Shown here: piece by piece, positions 19,338 to 29,492 of the stretch
How the letters are laid out: every line of letters begins with the position of its first letter
Numbering within the stretch: the stretch's first letter is position 1
Assembly: GCA_030167865.1 (NCBI GenBank)
Contig: JALAGF010005857.1
Location: forward strand, 62,001 to 126,000
Direction: 5' to 3'
DNA from: Craspedostauros australis
Taxonomy: Eukaryota
Length of the DNA: 64,000 nt
Translations under genes and position numbers: made by a program
Notes under the pieces: generated by a model
What the model was told of the DNA's origin: nothing
Database searches by the model: none
Seen by the model: only the letters and a program-made list of their open reading frames with translations

Positions 19338-22298
19338 TCAGTTACCCTGGTGCATCATGCCCAGAACGGACCGAAAGTGCCGTTCTGCGATCCTGGTTCC
19401 CACAGATTCGACGTCACTTCTTGATCCTGTCTGAAGTGCGAGCACTTCTTCGATCACCTTCAGTCGCGCCTTGTTGAAGATGTGCAGGACTGATGCGCCT
19501 GGCATGTCGTCTGTGTTGGTCGCGACCAACTCTGCCAACGCCCTGCACTCCTCGAGGGAGATTGGCGAATTGTCGGAAGCTGGTACACCGTTGCTATTGT
19601 TTCCATCATGTTCGTCCACCACAGACTCCAATCTGGGGTCGTCTGCACGGTGGAGCTGTTGCAGCTGCTGCAAGATCAGCTGATATCTTGCAGAAGACTC
19701 CAGAAGGTCCATCGTGAGGGTCTTTTCCAAACGGCCGGGGCGCTTCAAGGCCGGATCGATCCAATCCACGTTGTGCGACACGGCGATCACAGCAATGCCG
19801 CGGCTTTTACCGTTTCCGTCGCCACCTGCGCCACCGGCATCATCATCGTCGACTCCATCCAGCTCTGTCAACAAAGTGGAAAGCACACGGTCCATGGTGC
19901 CCTCGGTCGTGGGGTCGTTGCCCCGCACAGCGGCGATATTTTCGATGCCATCCATCAGGAGGATGCACGGAGCGGCCTTGCGAGCAGCCTGGAACAATCT
20001 GGAGACGGCACGCTCTGATCCACCCACCTCCTTGCGAATGAGAGCCGCACAGTTGACGTCGATGAATTGCATTGTTGGCAAGATCGTGGCGGCGACACGA
20101 CCGCAATGATATGCGAGTGTTGTCTTCCCGGTGCCCGGAGACCCGGACAGGATCACGCCTCCACAAAACTGCTTGATTTCGATTCCGGATGAACCTGACG
20201 CTGACGTTGAAGATGACCCGTCGCCAGCGACAGTGTCGTTGCCATTGGTGCAAAGTACATCGTAGATAGCGGGCCCATAGCAAAAGGGTGCAACGATGAG
20301 GCGTTGCAGCTCGCTCCATGCAGCATTTGCCGCAGTTCCAAAAAGAGGAAATGGAATGCCGGTACTCGTTGATGTGATGTTTGTGAATGATCCAGTTCCG
20401 CTCATCAGCTCGTTGTGTTGACCTGACAGCAAATCTGCAGCGGAGAGGATGTTCACATCAAGGAAATTATCATTTGCCACGTTTTTGAGTGATGACGGGA
20501 CATAGGATCGTATTTCATGTTGCAGCGCGTTGATGATGCGATTTTGCAGATACTTTGAAGAAGCTGCGGTTTGGTCTTCATCGGTTGGATTTGTGTGCGT
20601 ATCGTCAACTTTGAGACGAGCATCACGACATCTCCGCGACAGCTCCGAGAAGGACATGCCGGCAGTCGCCTCTGCAAGTTTTTCCATGGCTCGCTCAGTG
20701 TCGGCTGCGGTCGACTGATCCAAATCTGAGCCAATACCAAGCGATTTGAAGAAACTCGTCAGGTAGGCCTTGCGGTCGTTGCACGATGGCGGAGAGAGCT
20801 CATGCACAACATCAACTCTTGAAAGAAGATGCGAGATGTCTTGGCTTGCTGTGCAGATGATGACTATTGATTGCGAGGAAGAAAACTGTGACTGTGGCCG
20901 TGACAATGGCAGTGGCGACGATAGTGAGGATGGCGATAACTGTCGCTCGAAAGCATCAAGCATGCTGTAGAAGGAAGCCCTCTGGCGCACTTGAAGATGG
21001 TTTTCACTAGCGCCACCTGCTGACGGCTGCTTCGATTTCTCAGAGGATGTGTTGTGATCATCCTTCGATGATGCACCCACGATGGATTCGATATCGTCCA
21101 ACACAAGGATGCTTGATGCGGTGGATGGAATAGATGAGAATAGCAACGCGTACGTCGATCGTTCCAACCCTCCGACGACCCTGGAATTCAAGTCGAAGGC
21201 GAGGTTCGGGACCGTGCATTGGATGTTGTGATGCGACGCCCACTGAGCAATGTTGTGACACATGGTCGTTTTGCCGGCGCCTTCGGACCCGACGAGCAAT
21301 ATCACATGAACGTGCTGCTGAGCAACCATCGCATCGTGTATGCCGAATTTGTCATTTCTGAAGATGAATTGGGTGATCGATGCTTCAATTTCTGGCGGAA
21401 GTACCTTCGCCTGCGATTCATTCGATTTGTGCAAAGAAGCAGTGCGCTCCTGCTGTTGATGGGCATGCTCATGAGTTTGCTCACTTGATGGCGGTCGTAC
21501 TCTTATGTCGTCGAAATTTGATGACCGTACTGCCCACTTTTCGATATCCAAGGCTTGTTGAGCGCTTCCAAGGTATGGAGGCATGCTCGCGGTCTGCTCA
21601 CGAAGAAATTCGAGAACTTCCCGCCATGGTGGGCTTGTCATGTCCGTTTTGAGGATATCTTTCAGGCGCAGGACGATGCGCATCATCATGCCTTGCGCAG
21701 CTTTGGATTCCAATCTTGATCCATCCCCGTCACCGTCACCAGTGGCATGCCCGCCAATATAAAGCTCCGAAAGCATCGACAATGATTCACTCCTGCAGCT
21801 CTTGATTTGAGCCATGGATCTGTGGATGTCGCTACGAATGGACATGACGACGCCCATCAAGGGTGATGGATGCGCCGTTGTTGTGACCGAGCTCCTTTTC
21901 ATTGCATCTTGAAACAAGAGCGTCTCCATTTCATGGATCACATCATCAATCTGGGGCTGAAATTGAGTGATGGATAACTGCAATTGATTGAAGAACGATT
22001 GCAACGACACAACGAACTGCTCCAGATGAAGTAGGATGATCGAATCCGTGTCATCATCGGAGTCACTGTTCCGCGCGGTGGGCAGAGCAGGATCTTGTTC
22101 GATCTTTGTTGACGATGACAGATCTGCGAGTTCTTTCACCCTCTCCAATATAACATCCGACTGCTTCATCTGATCGAGGACATCCAACAGCTCGCACAGT
22201 AGTTCAGTGACTTGCAACGTCGTCTGAGAAGGTTGCTTTGCCGACGCATTCTGTTGCTGCTTTTGCTTCTGCTGCTTCTTCTTTTTCTTGGATCCCAT
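19338..22298 (-). CDS. Tandem AAA+ ATPase (Cdc48/NVL/SPATA5/PEX-like clan), divergent
   Basis: Walker A motifs GSEGAGKT and GSPGTGKT, pore loop KEVGGSE, APCILLMDGIE, RVLSTLLTELDG, SRH IDPALKRPGRLE. ATG 22298 (MGSKKKK). Confidence 0.85.
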   Translation of the reverse strand: MGSKKKKKQQKQKQQQNASAKQPSQTTLQVTELLCELLDVLDQMKQSDVILERVKELADLSSSTKIEQDPALPTARNSDSDDDTDSIILLHLEQFVVSLQSFFNQLQLSITQFQPQIDDVIHEMETLLFQDAMKRSSVTTTAHPSPLMGVVMSIRSDIHRSMAQIKSCRSESLSMLSELYIGGHATGDGDGDGSRLESKAAQGMMMRIVLRLKDILKTDMTSPPWREVLEFLREQTASMPPYLGSAQQALDIEKWAVRSSNFDDIRVRPPSSEQTHEHAHQQQERTASLHKSNESQAKVLPPEIEASITQFIFRNDKFGIHDAMVAQQHVHVILLVGSEGAGKTTMCHNIAQWASHHNIQCTVPNLAFDLNSRVVGGLERSTYALLFSSIPSTASSILVLDDIESIVGASSKDDHNTSSEKSKQPSAGGASENHLQVRQRASFYSMLDAFERQLSPSSLSSPLPLSRPQSQFSSSQSIVIICTASQDISHLLSRVDVVHELSPPSCNDRKAYLTSFFKSLGIGSDLDQSTAADTERAMEKLAEATAGMSFSELSRRCRDARLKVDDTHTNPTDEDQTAASSKYLQNRIINALQHEIRSYVPSSLKNVANDNFLDVNILSAADLLSGQHNELMSGTGSFTNITSTSTGIPFPLFGTAANAAWSELQRLIVAPFCYGPAIYDVLCTNGNDTVAGDGSSSTSASGSSGIEIKQFCGGVILSGSPGTGKTTLAYHCGRVAATILPTMQFIDVNCAALIRKEVGGSERAVSRLFQAARKAAPCILLMDGIENIAAVRGNDPTTEGTMDRVLSTLLTELDGVDDDDAGGAGGDGNGKSRGIAVIAVSHNVDWIDPALKRPGRLEKTLTMDLLESSARYQLILQQLQQLHRADDPRLESVVDEHDGNNSNGVPASDNSPISLEECRALAELVATNTDDMPGASVLHIFNKARLKVIEEVLALQTGSRSDVESVGTRIAERHFRSVLGMMHQGN

Positions 22299-23101
22299 TT
22301 GCACTGTTCAGAGTATGTGCTGATGGTGTCCCAATTGCACGCCGATTCTGCTGGTGAGTGCGTTGGCTGCTTGTCTCCGTGTTGATGGCAGGAGACACGG
22401 ATGTTGGGGTCTGATGTGGAGTGGAGTGTGGCACAAGTGTGGTGCTCTTTGGTGATTGCTGCTGATGGGCGATCACTTGTTCTCACCGTTTCACGATTTT
22501 GATGGTTGCGCCCATTCACGGATATTCACATTTAACGGGACTGATAAGATACCGATTCTGGATGGAGACCCGTAGAGTACTCTACAGGCTATGGCACATC
22601 GCTCCCCACAATGAAGGATGCCCAAATCATCCTGATGTGATCAAACCATGGTCTCATCGAAGTGCTACGTCTTGGCTCCGGAGAGGCGACCCATTTGCAT
22701 GCATGTGACGTGATGGAAGGCGTCAAACAATTTCTGGTGCGAGCGACATTTTGGCGCCAAAAGAAACAGTGAATTTAACGTCTTTTGACGCCAAAATAAC
22801 GCCACCAACAAACACAACATGCTACTTCGACTCGTTCGATTCATGAATGGATTTCTTCGCGGCGCATCTTTCCGGTTCTGTTGCGATCTTTTGGTTGTGC
22901 TTGTGAGGCTCGTTGTTGTTGGATGGTCTCTTGTTGTGGGTGAAGTCGAGGACGGTGCCAACAGCAACGGCAACGACGAAGACTATCCCAGACAGCCACA
23001 ACAGTCGTCGCCTCCTCAAGACCTCCATCAACAAACGGCATCGCACATAGCAACCTCACCTCACGGTTCGTCCTTCTCCATCCTTCCCAACAAGCAACAC
23101 C

Positions 23102-24227
23102 ATGGCCCGACGATACGATTCCTCAACAACGACCTTCTCTCCCGAGGGTCGTCTGCATCAGGTACGGATGAAAGGACGAACGGACGAACGGGCGCGTGCA
23201 TGCATGGGCGCATGGATGGATCGTTAGCGAAATGATGGTGGAGTGGCAGCCGCGGATGCGGCTAGCTGTCTTTCTTGCTACTCTCGTACATTGCAAGTTG
23301 GCCAAGCGCAGCGTTGCAATTCAGTTGCTGCGTGCCCGTGCCTATGCTTTGTGTTGTGCAGTGCAGTGCATTAGAGTGCGATTGCGTCACGTTTGCTCAC
23401 CCATCCCATCCAACCTTCTTGTTACCCATCTTGATGCACTCCCTGCCACTCCCTGCATCTTCGACGCACGCTGAAACCTGCGACTTGGGAATGTGCTTCG
23501 AGTGCAGGTGGAGTACGCCATTGAGGCCATCAACAACGCGGGAACCTGCGTGGGTATCCTTGCATCGGATGGAATTGTGATGGCCAGCGAGCGCAGAATC
23601 ACCAGCGGATTGCTAGCGCCTGCCAAGACATCAGAGAAGACCTACCAGCTCTGCAACCACGCAGCGTGCAATGTGGCTGGTCTGACTGCCGATGCCAACA
23701 TGCTCATTGATCAAGCCCGCTTGAGGGCCGGGCGATATCAGTACCAGTACCAGGAACCGATTCCCGTCGAGCAGTTAGTGGAGTACGTGTGCAATTACAA
23801 GCAGTTTTACACGCAGCGCGGTGGTTTGCGTCCCTTCGGTGTCTCCTTCCTGTTTGCTGGCTACGACGAGCAGCACGGATTCCAGCTGTACCAATCGGAT
23901 CCAAGCGGAAACTACAGCGGGTGGAAGGCCACCGTCATCGGCTCCAACAACCAGGCCGGAAAGTCGCTGCTCAAATCTGAATACATCACCGGGGAGGCGA
24001 CAGAGGATGAGAAGATTCCCGACTTGCAGGATGCGCTCAAGCTGGCCGTCAAGGTCCTCAACAGAACGATGGATGGAACCACCACAGCCGCGGCCGTCGA
24101 GAAGATGGAGCTCTTCACCTTGACTGTCGAGGATGGGAAGTGCGTGCATCACATCCTCAAGACGGAAGAGGCGCAGCAGGTCATCGAAGCTGTCGAAACC
24201 GAGACCGCATCGGCCGGCGATGCCTAA
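23102..24227 (+). CDS. PSMA4: 20S proteasome subunit alpha-3 (Pre9/PSMA4); join(23102..23161,23508..24227)
   Basis: Exon 1 MARRYDSSTTTFSPEGRLHQ (alpha signature), GT-AG intron 23162..23507, then VEYAIEAI…GGLRPFGVSFL…SDPSGNYSGWKA. Confidence 0.95.
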
Positions 24228-24533
24228 GAGCGGGTGTTCGGACGGAGAGTACAACCTTGGAAGATGCACTACACAGAGTAGTCTCCAGAGAGAGAGAGAC
24301 ACGATGGTGATGAATGGAGAATACTTAGAGTGTGTAATGTTTCGAACAGGGCAAGTAAGCGCACGTAATACATGAAAGACACCGTTCCATATTTGAGTCT
24401 GAGAGTTGAGCACCGCTTTCAATCGCCTCTGCTCGTGTGCTATCTGTACCTTTGCATTGCGCAATGGATGGAAGGGATTGCGTTGGTAAAGATGATTCGA
24501 ACTGATTCCTGGTTCCTATGTTAACGTTTAGAC

Positions 24534-24565
24534 TCCGAGACCAGTGTCCGAGACCAGTGTCCGAG
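24534..24565. repeat. 13-bp tandem repeat (TCCGAGACCAGTG) x2.5
   Basis: Read directly, between the convergent PSMA4 and CDC20 3' ends. Confidence 0.75.
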
Positions 24566-24794
24566 TATAATACTTGAGAATAGCCGTAAAGAATATGACA
24601 TTATGTCGATTCATTTGCTCTATCGATCGTCGCAGAAGATCAACACGCTTTCATTGCATTGGGGGAGCCATACGGTACTACCATGTATGGATGTAACGTA
24701 TGCCACTTGGGCATGCGTACCAATACTAGTAGAGTACGTACACTCCTTGTCCTCCTCCGACGTGTCCTTCTTGACAGCATCATCGTCAGCATCC

Positions 24795-26570
24795 TCACCG
24801 AATGGTGGGCATACCGAACGACAAGTCCGCCAAAGGCAGAGACGACGTTCGCTTGCTCTTGGGCGCACCAAAGATGTTCCAGAATCGCAGCGTCTCGTCG
24901 CCTGCCGCTGATACGACCGTGCTGCCGTCGGGGCTTGCTGCGAGGCTCAGAACGCGGGAGGTGTGGCCCGTGAACTCTTTCGCCTTGATGAGCTTGGCGC
25001 CGCTGCCGTACTTCCACAGAATCAGCTGGTTCTCGGAGAATCCGTGCGAACTGACGAGTTCGCGGTTGTGCTTGCTCCACAGCAGAGAGCAGACCTGCGA
25101 GCCGGTGTCGATGGAGTTGAGCATGGCGCCGCTGTTGGAGTTCCAGAGCTTGATGGTGCGATCCGCAGTACCGCCGCCGCTTGCCAGCATCCCGCGGTGG
25201 AAGGGACACCAGTTGAGGGCCTTCACTGCTGCCTTGTGCTGTCGCAGCACGAGTCTCGGCATGCTCTCGTTGGATTGCAGTCCTCTGCGCCTGGATGCGG
25301 AGGATGAGGCCGCATCCCAGATGCACAGCAGGTTCTCGTTGCCGCCGCTCGCCAAGGTCGTGCCATCCTCATTCCATTGCAGCCCGCACACCTCCTGCTC
25401 GTGGCCGCGGTACTTGGAGGTGATGTGGTTAGCCGATCGTAGATCGTGGTTCAGGATGAGCGAGTCCCTCGCCCCCGAACTCAGCCTGCCCTGTCCCCAT
25501 GCCAACGACGTCACGCGACCGTTGTGTCCTCGCAACGTCCGCACGAGGCGCAGGGCCTGACAATCCCACAGCTGCACCTCGCAGGAGTTGGTTCCGATGG
25601 AGAGATACTTGGTCTGCCCGCTCTGCGTGCACCACGATACGGAGGTCACGTAATTCTCGGCACCCTCCACCGTGCACAGGTGCTGGATCTCACCCGTGCT
25701 GGCGTTCCAGAGGTACACGCACTGGGCCAGCGCCACCGCCAGGATGTTGTCGCTGCTCCAAGAAATGAGGTTGAGGTAGTAGTCGTCGACCAGATCCGGC
25801 GCATCCAGGATGCGGATGGGAGCACTGGGTATCTTGCGCGTGATGGCATCGCTCGTGGCAGCCGCGACGAGGGGACTGTCGAGGTTTTCGAATGCCTGGA
25901 ACACCCGCAGGTTGTCTTGCGAGTACGGATCCTCCGCCTTCGACCGTCGCCTGGTGGAGCTGTCCTGCCGAGTCGACGATCGTCCATTGTACGACAACAA
26001 TCCGACGGGTTGGGCATTCTCATCCAGCTTGTCAAGCGGTATATTGCACAGAGAGCTCAGCATCCTGCGCTTGAATTCCTTCTGGATCGGGGTCTCCTGC
26101 GGGGCTTGCGCTGCGCCATCGCTGCTGCTGTCATCATCGTCATCGCCATCGTTGCGATTGTCATTGTTGCGCGTGTTGCTTTGGTTGGAGTTGCTGCGAT
26201 TGGAATTCGATCTGCTGTTGCTGGTGTTGTTCCTCTTGCGCTTTCTGTCCGACCTGTCCGGTGACAGAATGGCCCTGCGCACGAAGTCGACATTCATGCC
26301 GCGCCGCGATGGGATGAAACGATCCGATGTGGACTCCGATCCCGACGGTGAGAACAGCGATCTGCATGATACCGAAGATGATGGCGTGAGCGATGTGTAC
26401 GGCGATGCCGAAAGTCGCGACTTTCTGGCGCTGTTCGTGGAGTACGCTCGGCGCAGCACGGACTTCGTCGGCGTCTGAAAGGCGGAGCTTGGTCTGAGGC
26501 CTGGTGCGCGGCTTTGGCTCAGAGTCATGGTGCTGTTCCCGTGGTGGCCGCGTGTCTGTGGTGATTTCAT
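24795..26570 (-). CDS. CDC20: APC/C activator CDC20/Fizzy
   Basis: C-box DRFIPSR, RILDAPDLVDDYYLNL, WD40 (GHEQEVCGL, LASGGGTADR, DETLRFW), C-terminal IR tail (MPTIR). ATG 26570. Confidence 0.93.
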   Translation of the reverse strand: MKSPQTRGHHGNSTMTLSQSRAPGLRPSSAFQTPTKSVLRRAYSTNSARKSRLSASPYTSLTPSSSVSCRSLFSPSGSESTSDRFIPSRRGMNVDFVRRAILSPDRSDRKRKRNNTSNSRSNSNRSNSNQSNTRNNDNRNDGDDDDDSSSDGAAQAPQETPIQKEFKRRMLSSLCNIPLDKLDENAQPVGLLSYNGRSSTRQDSSTRRRSKAEDPYSQDNLRVFQAFENLDSPLVAAATSDAITRKIPSAPIRILDAPDLVDDYYLNLISWSSDNILAVALAQCVYLWNASTGEIQHLCTVEGAENYVTSVSWCTQSGQTKYLSIGTNSCEVQLWDCQALRLVRTLRGHNGRVTSLAWGQGRLSSGARDSLILNHDLRSANHITSKYRGHEQEVCGLQWNEDGTTLASGGNENLLCIWDAASSSASRRRGLQSNESMPRLVLRQHKAAVKALNWCPFHRGMLASGGGTADRTIKLWNSNSGAMLNSIDTGSQVCSLLWSKHNRELVSSHGFSENQLILWKYGSGAKLIKAKEFTGHTSRVLSLAASPDGSTVVSAAGDETLRFWNIFGAPKSKRTSSLPLADLSFGMPTIR

Positions 26571-27456
26571 GATGGATATGGCTGAAGATGAAACTGATGC
26601 TGCTTCCTTTTCTGAGGTGATTTCGTTACAGCGCTGGTTTGTGGATGGATGGCCGAGTTGCAAATGAATGAATGAATGAATCGATGAATCGATGAATCAG
26701 TGAAGCCGGGAGAGTGCAAAGCGATGGCAGAATGTCCAAAGCCCAAAGTCCAAAGCCACACGATGTGAGCTCAATGAAACAATGTGCTTGCTTGCTTGCT
26801 TGCTGTCCGCGGTGGTGTAGCTGACACGTTCCGTGGATTGCGATTGCGATTGCGAGTGCGAGTGCGAGTATGTTGTTTGCGTGGATGGATTGATGGATTT
26901 GGCAGTCAGGAACACGAAATGAACACAGCGTGAACATGAAATGGACACGATGGATGCCGATCGCAAAACGTGGGAAAGGACCAACGACGTTGAAATCGTG
27001 GAGAGACATGTGATTGTGTGCACACATGAACATGGGTCCAAATTATGACGAGATCGCTGCATCGCCAACTCTCCGAATGCTTTCATGTGTGTCACACGCC
27101 AGCGCGCGATGTTGGGACAAACTGGACGACACAGCAACAACCTCACGTGACTGGTTCGTGAATGATATTTCTGTCCGCAAACAAAGAATCCAAACCTTGG
27201 CAAAGCAAGTGATGTCGCTGGTGGTGGTGGTGTGACTGCCACCACACGAACGCTGGTGCGATCCACACTGAACGCAATCACAAACCTGCACATCAAAGAT
27301 CTCGCACACCAAACCAAGCCCAAAGCGAGCGAGAAAGAGAGAGAGATAGAGACAGAGCAGGGATCAGACTGCATGCCATACCTGTATCGTTTCAATACCA
27401 TACTCACATTCATATCCAGTGCACGATTCGGGATAGAGGCACGCTGAGAATACGTC

Positions 27457-29152
27457 ATGTTCGGACGCAATGTGCTGATGTCCGCGGCCACGAGGCGGTT
27501 GGTGGCAGCTTCGGCCAAACCGAACAAGCTGATCACGCCGCAGTGGTATTCGAAGGCCGACGCCAGCGTTCGTGGCAGGACCGCCATCAGGAACAACCGC
27601 TTCTTCTCCGACAAGACGACCAAGGATTCGAAGGTGGTGTCGGAGACTTTGGCCAAGGAGGAGTCCGCCACCGCGAACGCAGCAGAGACGAAAGCCGCGA
27701 CATCGGGTGAGGCTGCCGCAGAAGCAGGATCAGCCGAGATCTCCGCCGCTCCACCCACATCGTCCGATATGATTTGGTACGCTGGGATGATCATCCCGGC
27801 GGGCCTGCTGGTTTGGGGGCTCGCGGACGATCAGAGCCCGCCGGCGAAGTTTGCCGAGGCGATCGGATTGACGGAAGTCCTGGAGGTCTACGCCGAGGAT
27901 ATCATCAAGCCTTCACATGACAAGCTGCTTCCTGATTGGTCTCAGGTGCGTTCCAAAACACTGTCATGTATTGCCTGAGAGTGCATTACTCTTTGGTGAT
28001 GTGCTCTGTTGGGACCAACAAAGTCGACACTGCCACTGAATGAATGCAGTTTACAAATGATGGTGAAGTAGCTGGTCAGCAATCGTTGTTGAGCATTTGA
28101 TGCTGGAGCGATTTCCCCATCGCCGATGTGCGGAATACTCCGATCATCACAGCACATCACATCACATCACTAATGCCTTGTCATCTCATCATTTTCACAT
28201 CCCCGCCCTTGCGCGCTCCCTCCATTGCCTTTGCACCATGGTATGCCACACACATTTCACTCCACCTCTTGCTCAACGTCCCACTCGATGCAAACTACGA
28301 ATGCAGATGCCAAACGTTCCACATGACATTCCGGTGCCACACACGCTCGTTCTGGACCTCGAGAGCACCTTGGTTTGCTCCACCTGGGACAGGAAGTACG
28401 GTTGGAGACATGCAAAGCGCCCGGGTGTTGACAAGTTCCTGATGGACATGGCACAGTACTACGAGATCGTGCTGTACTCACCATCCATCGACGGCATCGC
28501 CGAGCCTGTGGTCCAATCCCTGGACAAGCACGGCTGCATCATGCACAGACTCTACCGTGACGCAACTCACTACAAGAAGGGCATCCACGTCAAGGATCTC
28601 AACCGCTTGAACCGCAACATCAATCGCATCATCGTTCTGGATGACGACCCAGCCGAAGTGCAGTTCAATCCTGAAAATCTCATCCGCGTCAAGCCCTACA
28701 AGGACCCGACGGATCTGGAAGACAACACGCTGGCACGCATCACGCCATTCCTCATCGAGATCGCCCGGCAGGGCTACAGTGACATCCCTGGTCTGCTGCG
28801 GCAGTACGACGGCATGGACGCGGATGAGATCGCGGACGAGCAGGAACGACGTGTCAAGTTCTTCCAGAACAAGAGCGCCGACCGCGCCAGCCGAGGGCTA
28901 AGTGGCATTGCCAAGATGGCGCGAAGATCCGCCGATATCACACCGGAACTGGAACCAAGGGAGGGCACATTCGCACCGACGCAAATCACTTCGAAGGATC
29001 TTGTGGGTGCACCGCCACCGCAGGTGGACACCGGGCTCAAGGGCTTCCTCAACCGCAGACAGCAGGAGAAGGCGGAGAACGACAAGCGAAAGTACGAGAA
29101 ATGGCACGAGATCATGGCAAAGAAGCAGCAGCAACAACAGCAGAAGCAGTAA
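27457..29152 (+). CDS. TIM50: Mitochondrial import inner membrane translocase TIM50; join(27457..27945,28307..29152)
   Basis: Arg-rich mitochondrial presequence, TM segment, KLLPD, then NIF-like domain TLVLDLESTLV…WDRKYGWRHAKRPGVDKFL…KDLNRLNR. GT-AG intron 27946..28306. Confidence 0.92.
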
Positions 29153-29492
29153 CAGTAGTAGCGGCAGCACTCTAGTGCAAGTAGCAGAGCCCGCACCAGC
29201 GCAACGCAGCACGAGACAATCGTATTCATGATCACGATGTTGGACATGTGACAGTATGTGCTATACTCGACAGTTCTGTTGCTCGCCACGCATAGTACGA
29301 CCTCAGGTAAGCAAGTCCACCACTCATCTGACACAAGTAAAATCCTCATTCACCTTGAACAACATGGTACGAACACAATGTCGTTTGTAGACACTGCACG
29401 AGTGAATGGTGATAATAATGAACTATATTAGAGTATAACACTGGTGGAATGGAGTGTATGCATAGAGTATGCGTAGGCACGATGGTGCATGC

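Noticed and set aside
26697..27794. 365-aa minus-strand ORF
   Set aside because: Antisense to TIM50 exon 1 plus low-complexity promoter microsatellites.
28340..28380. Degenerate DxDxT phosphatase motif (DLEST) in the NIF domain
   Set aside because: Normal for TIM50 proteins, not novel.
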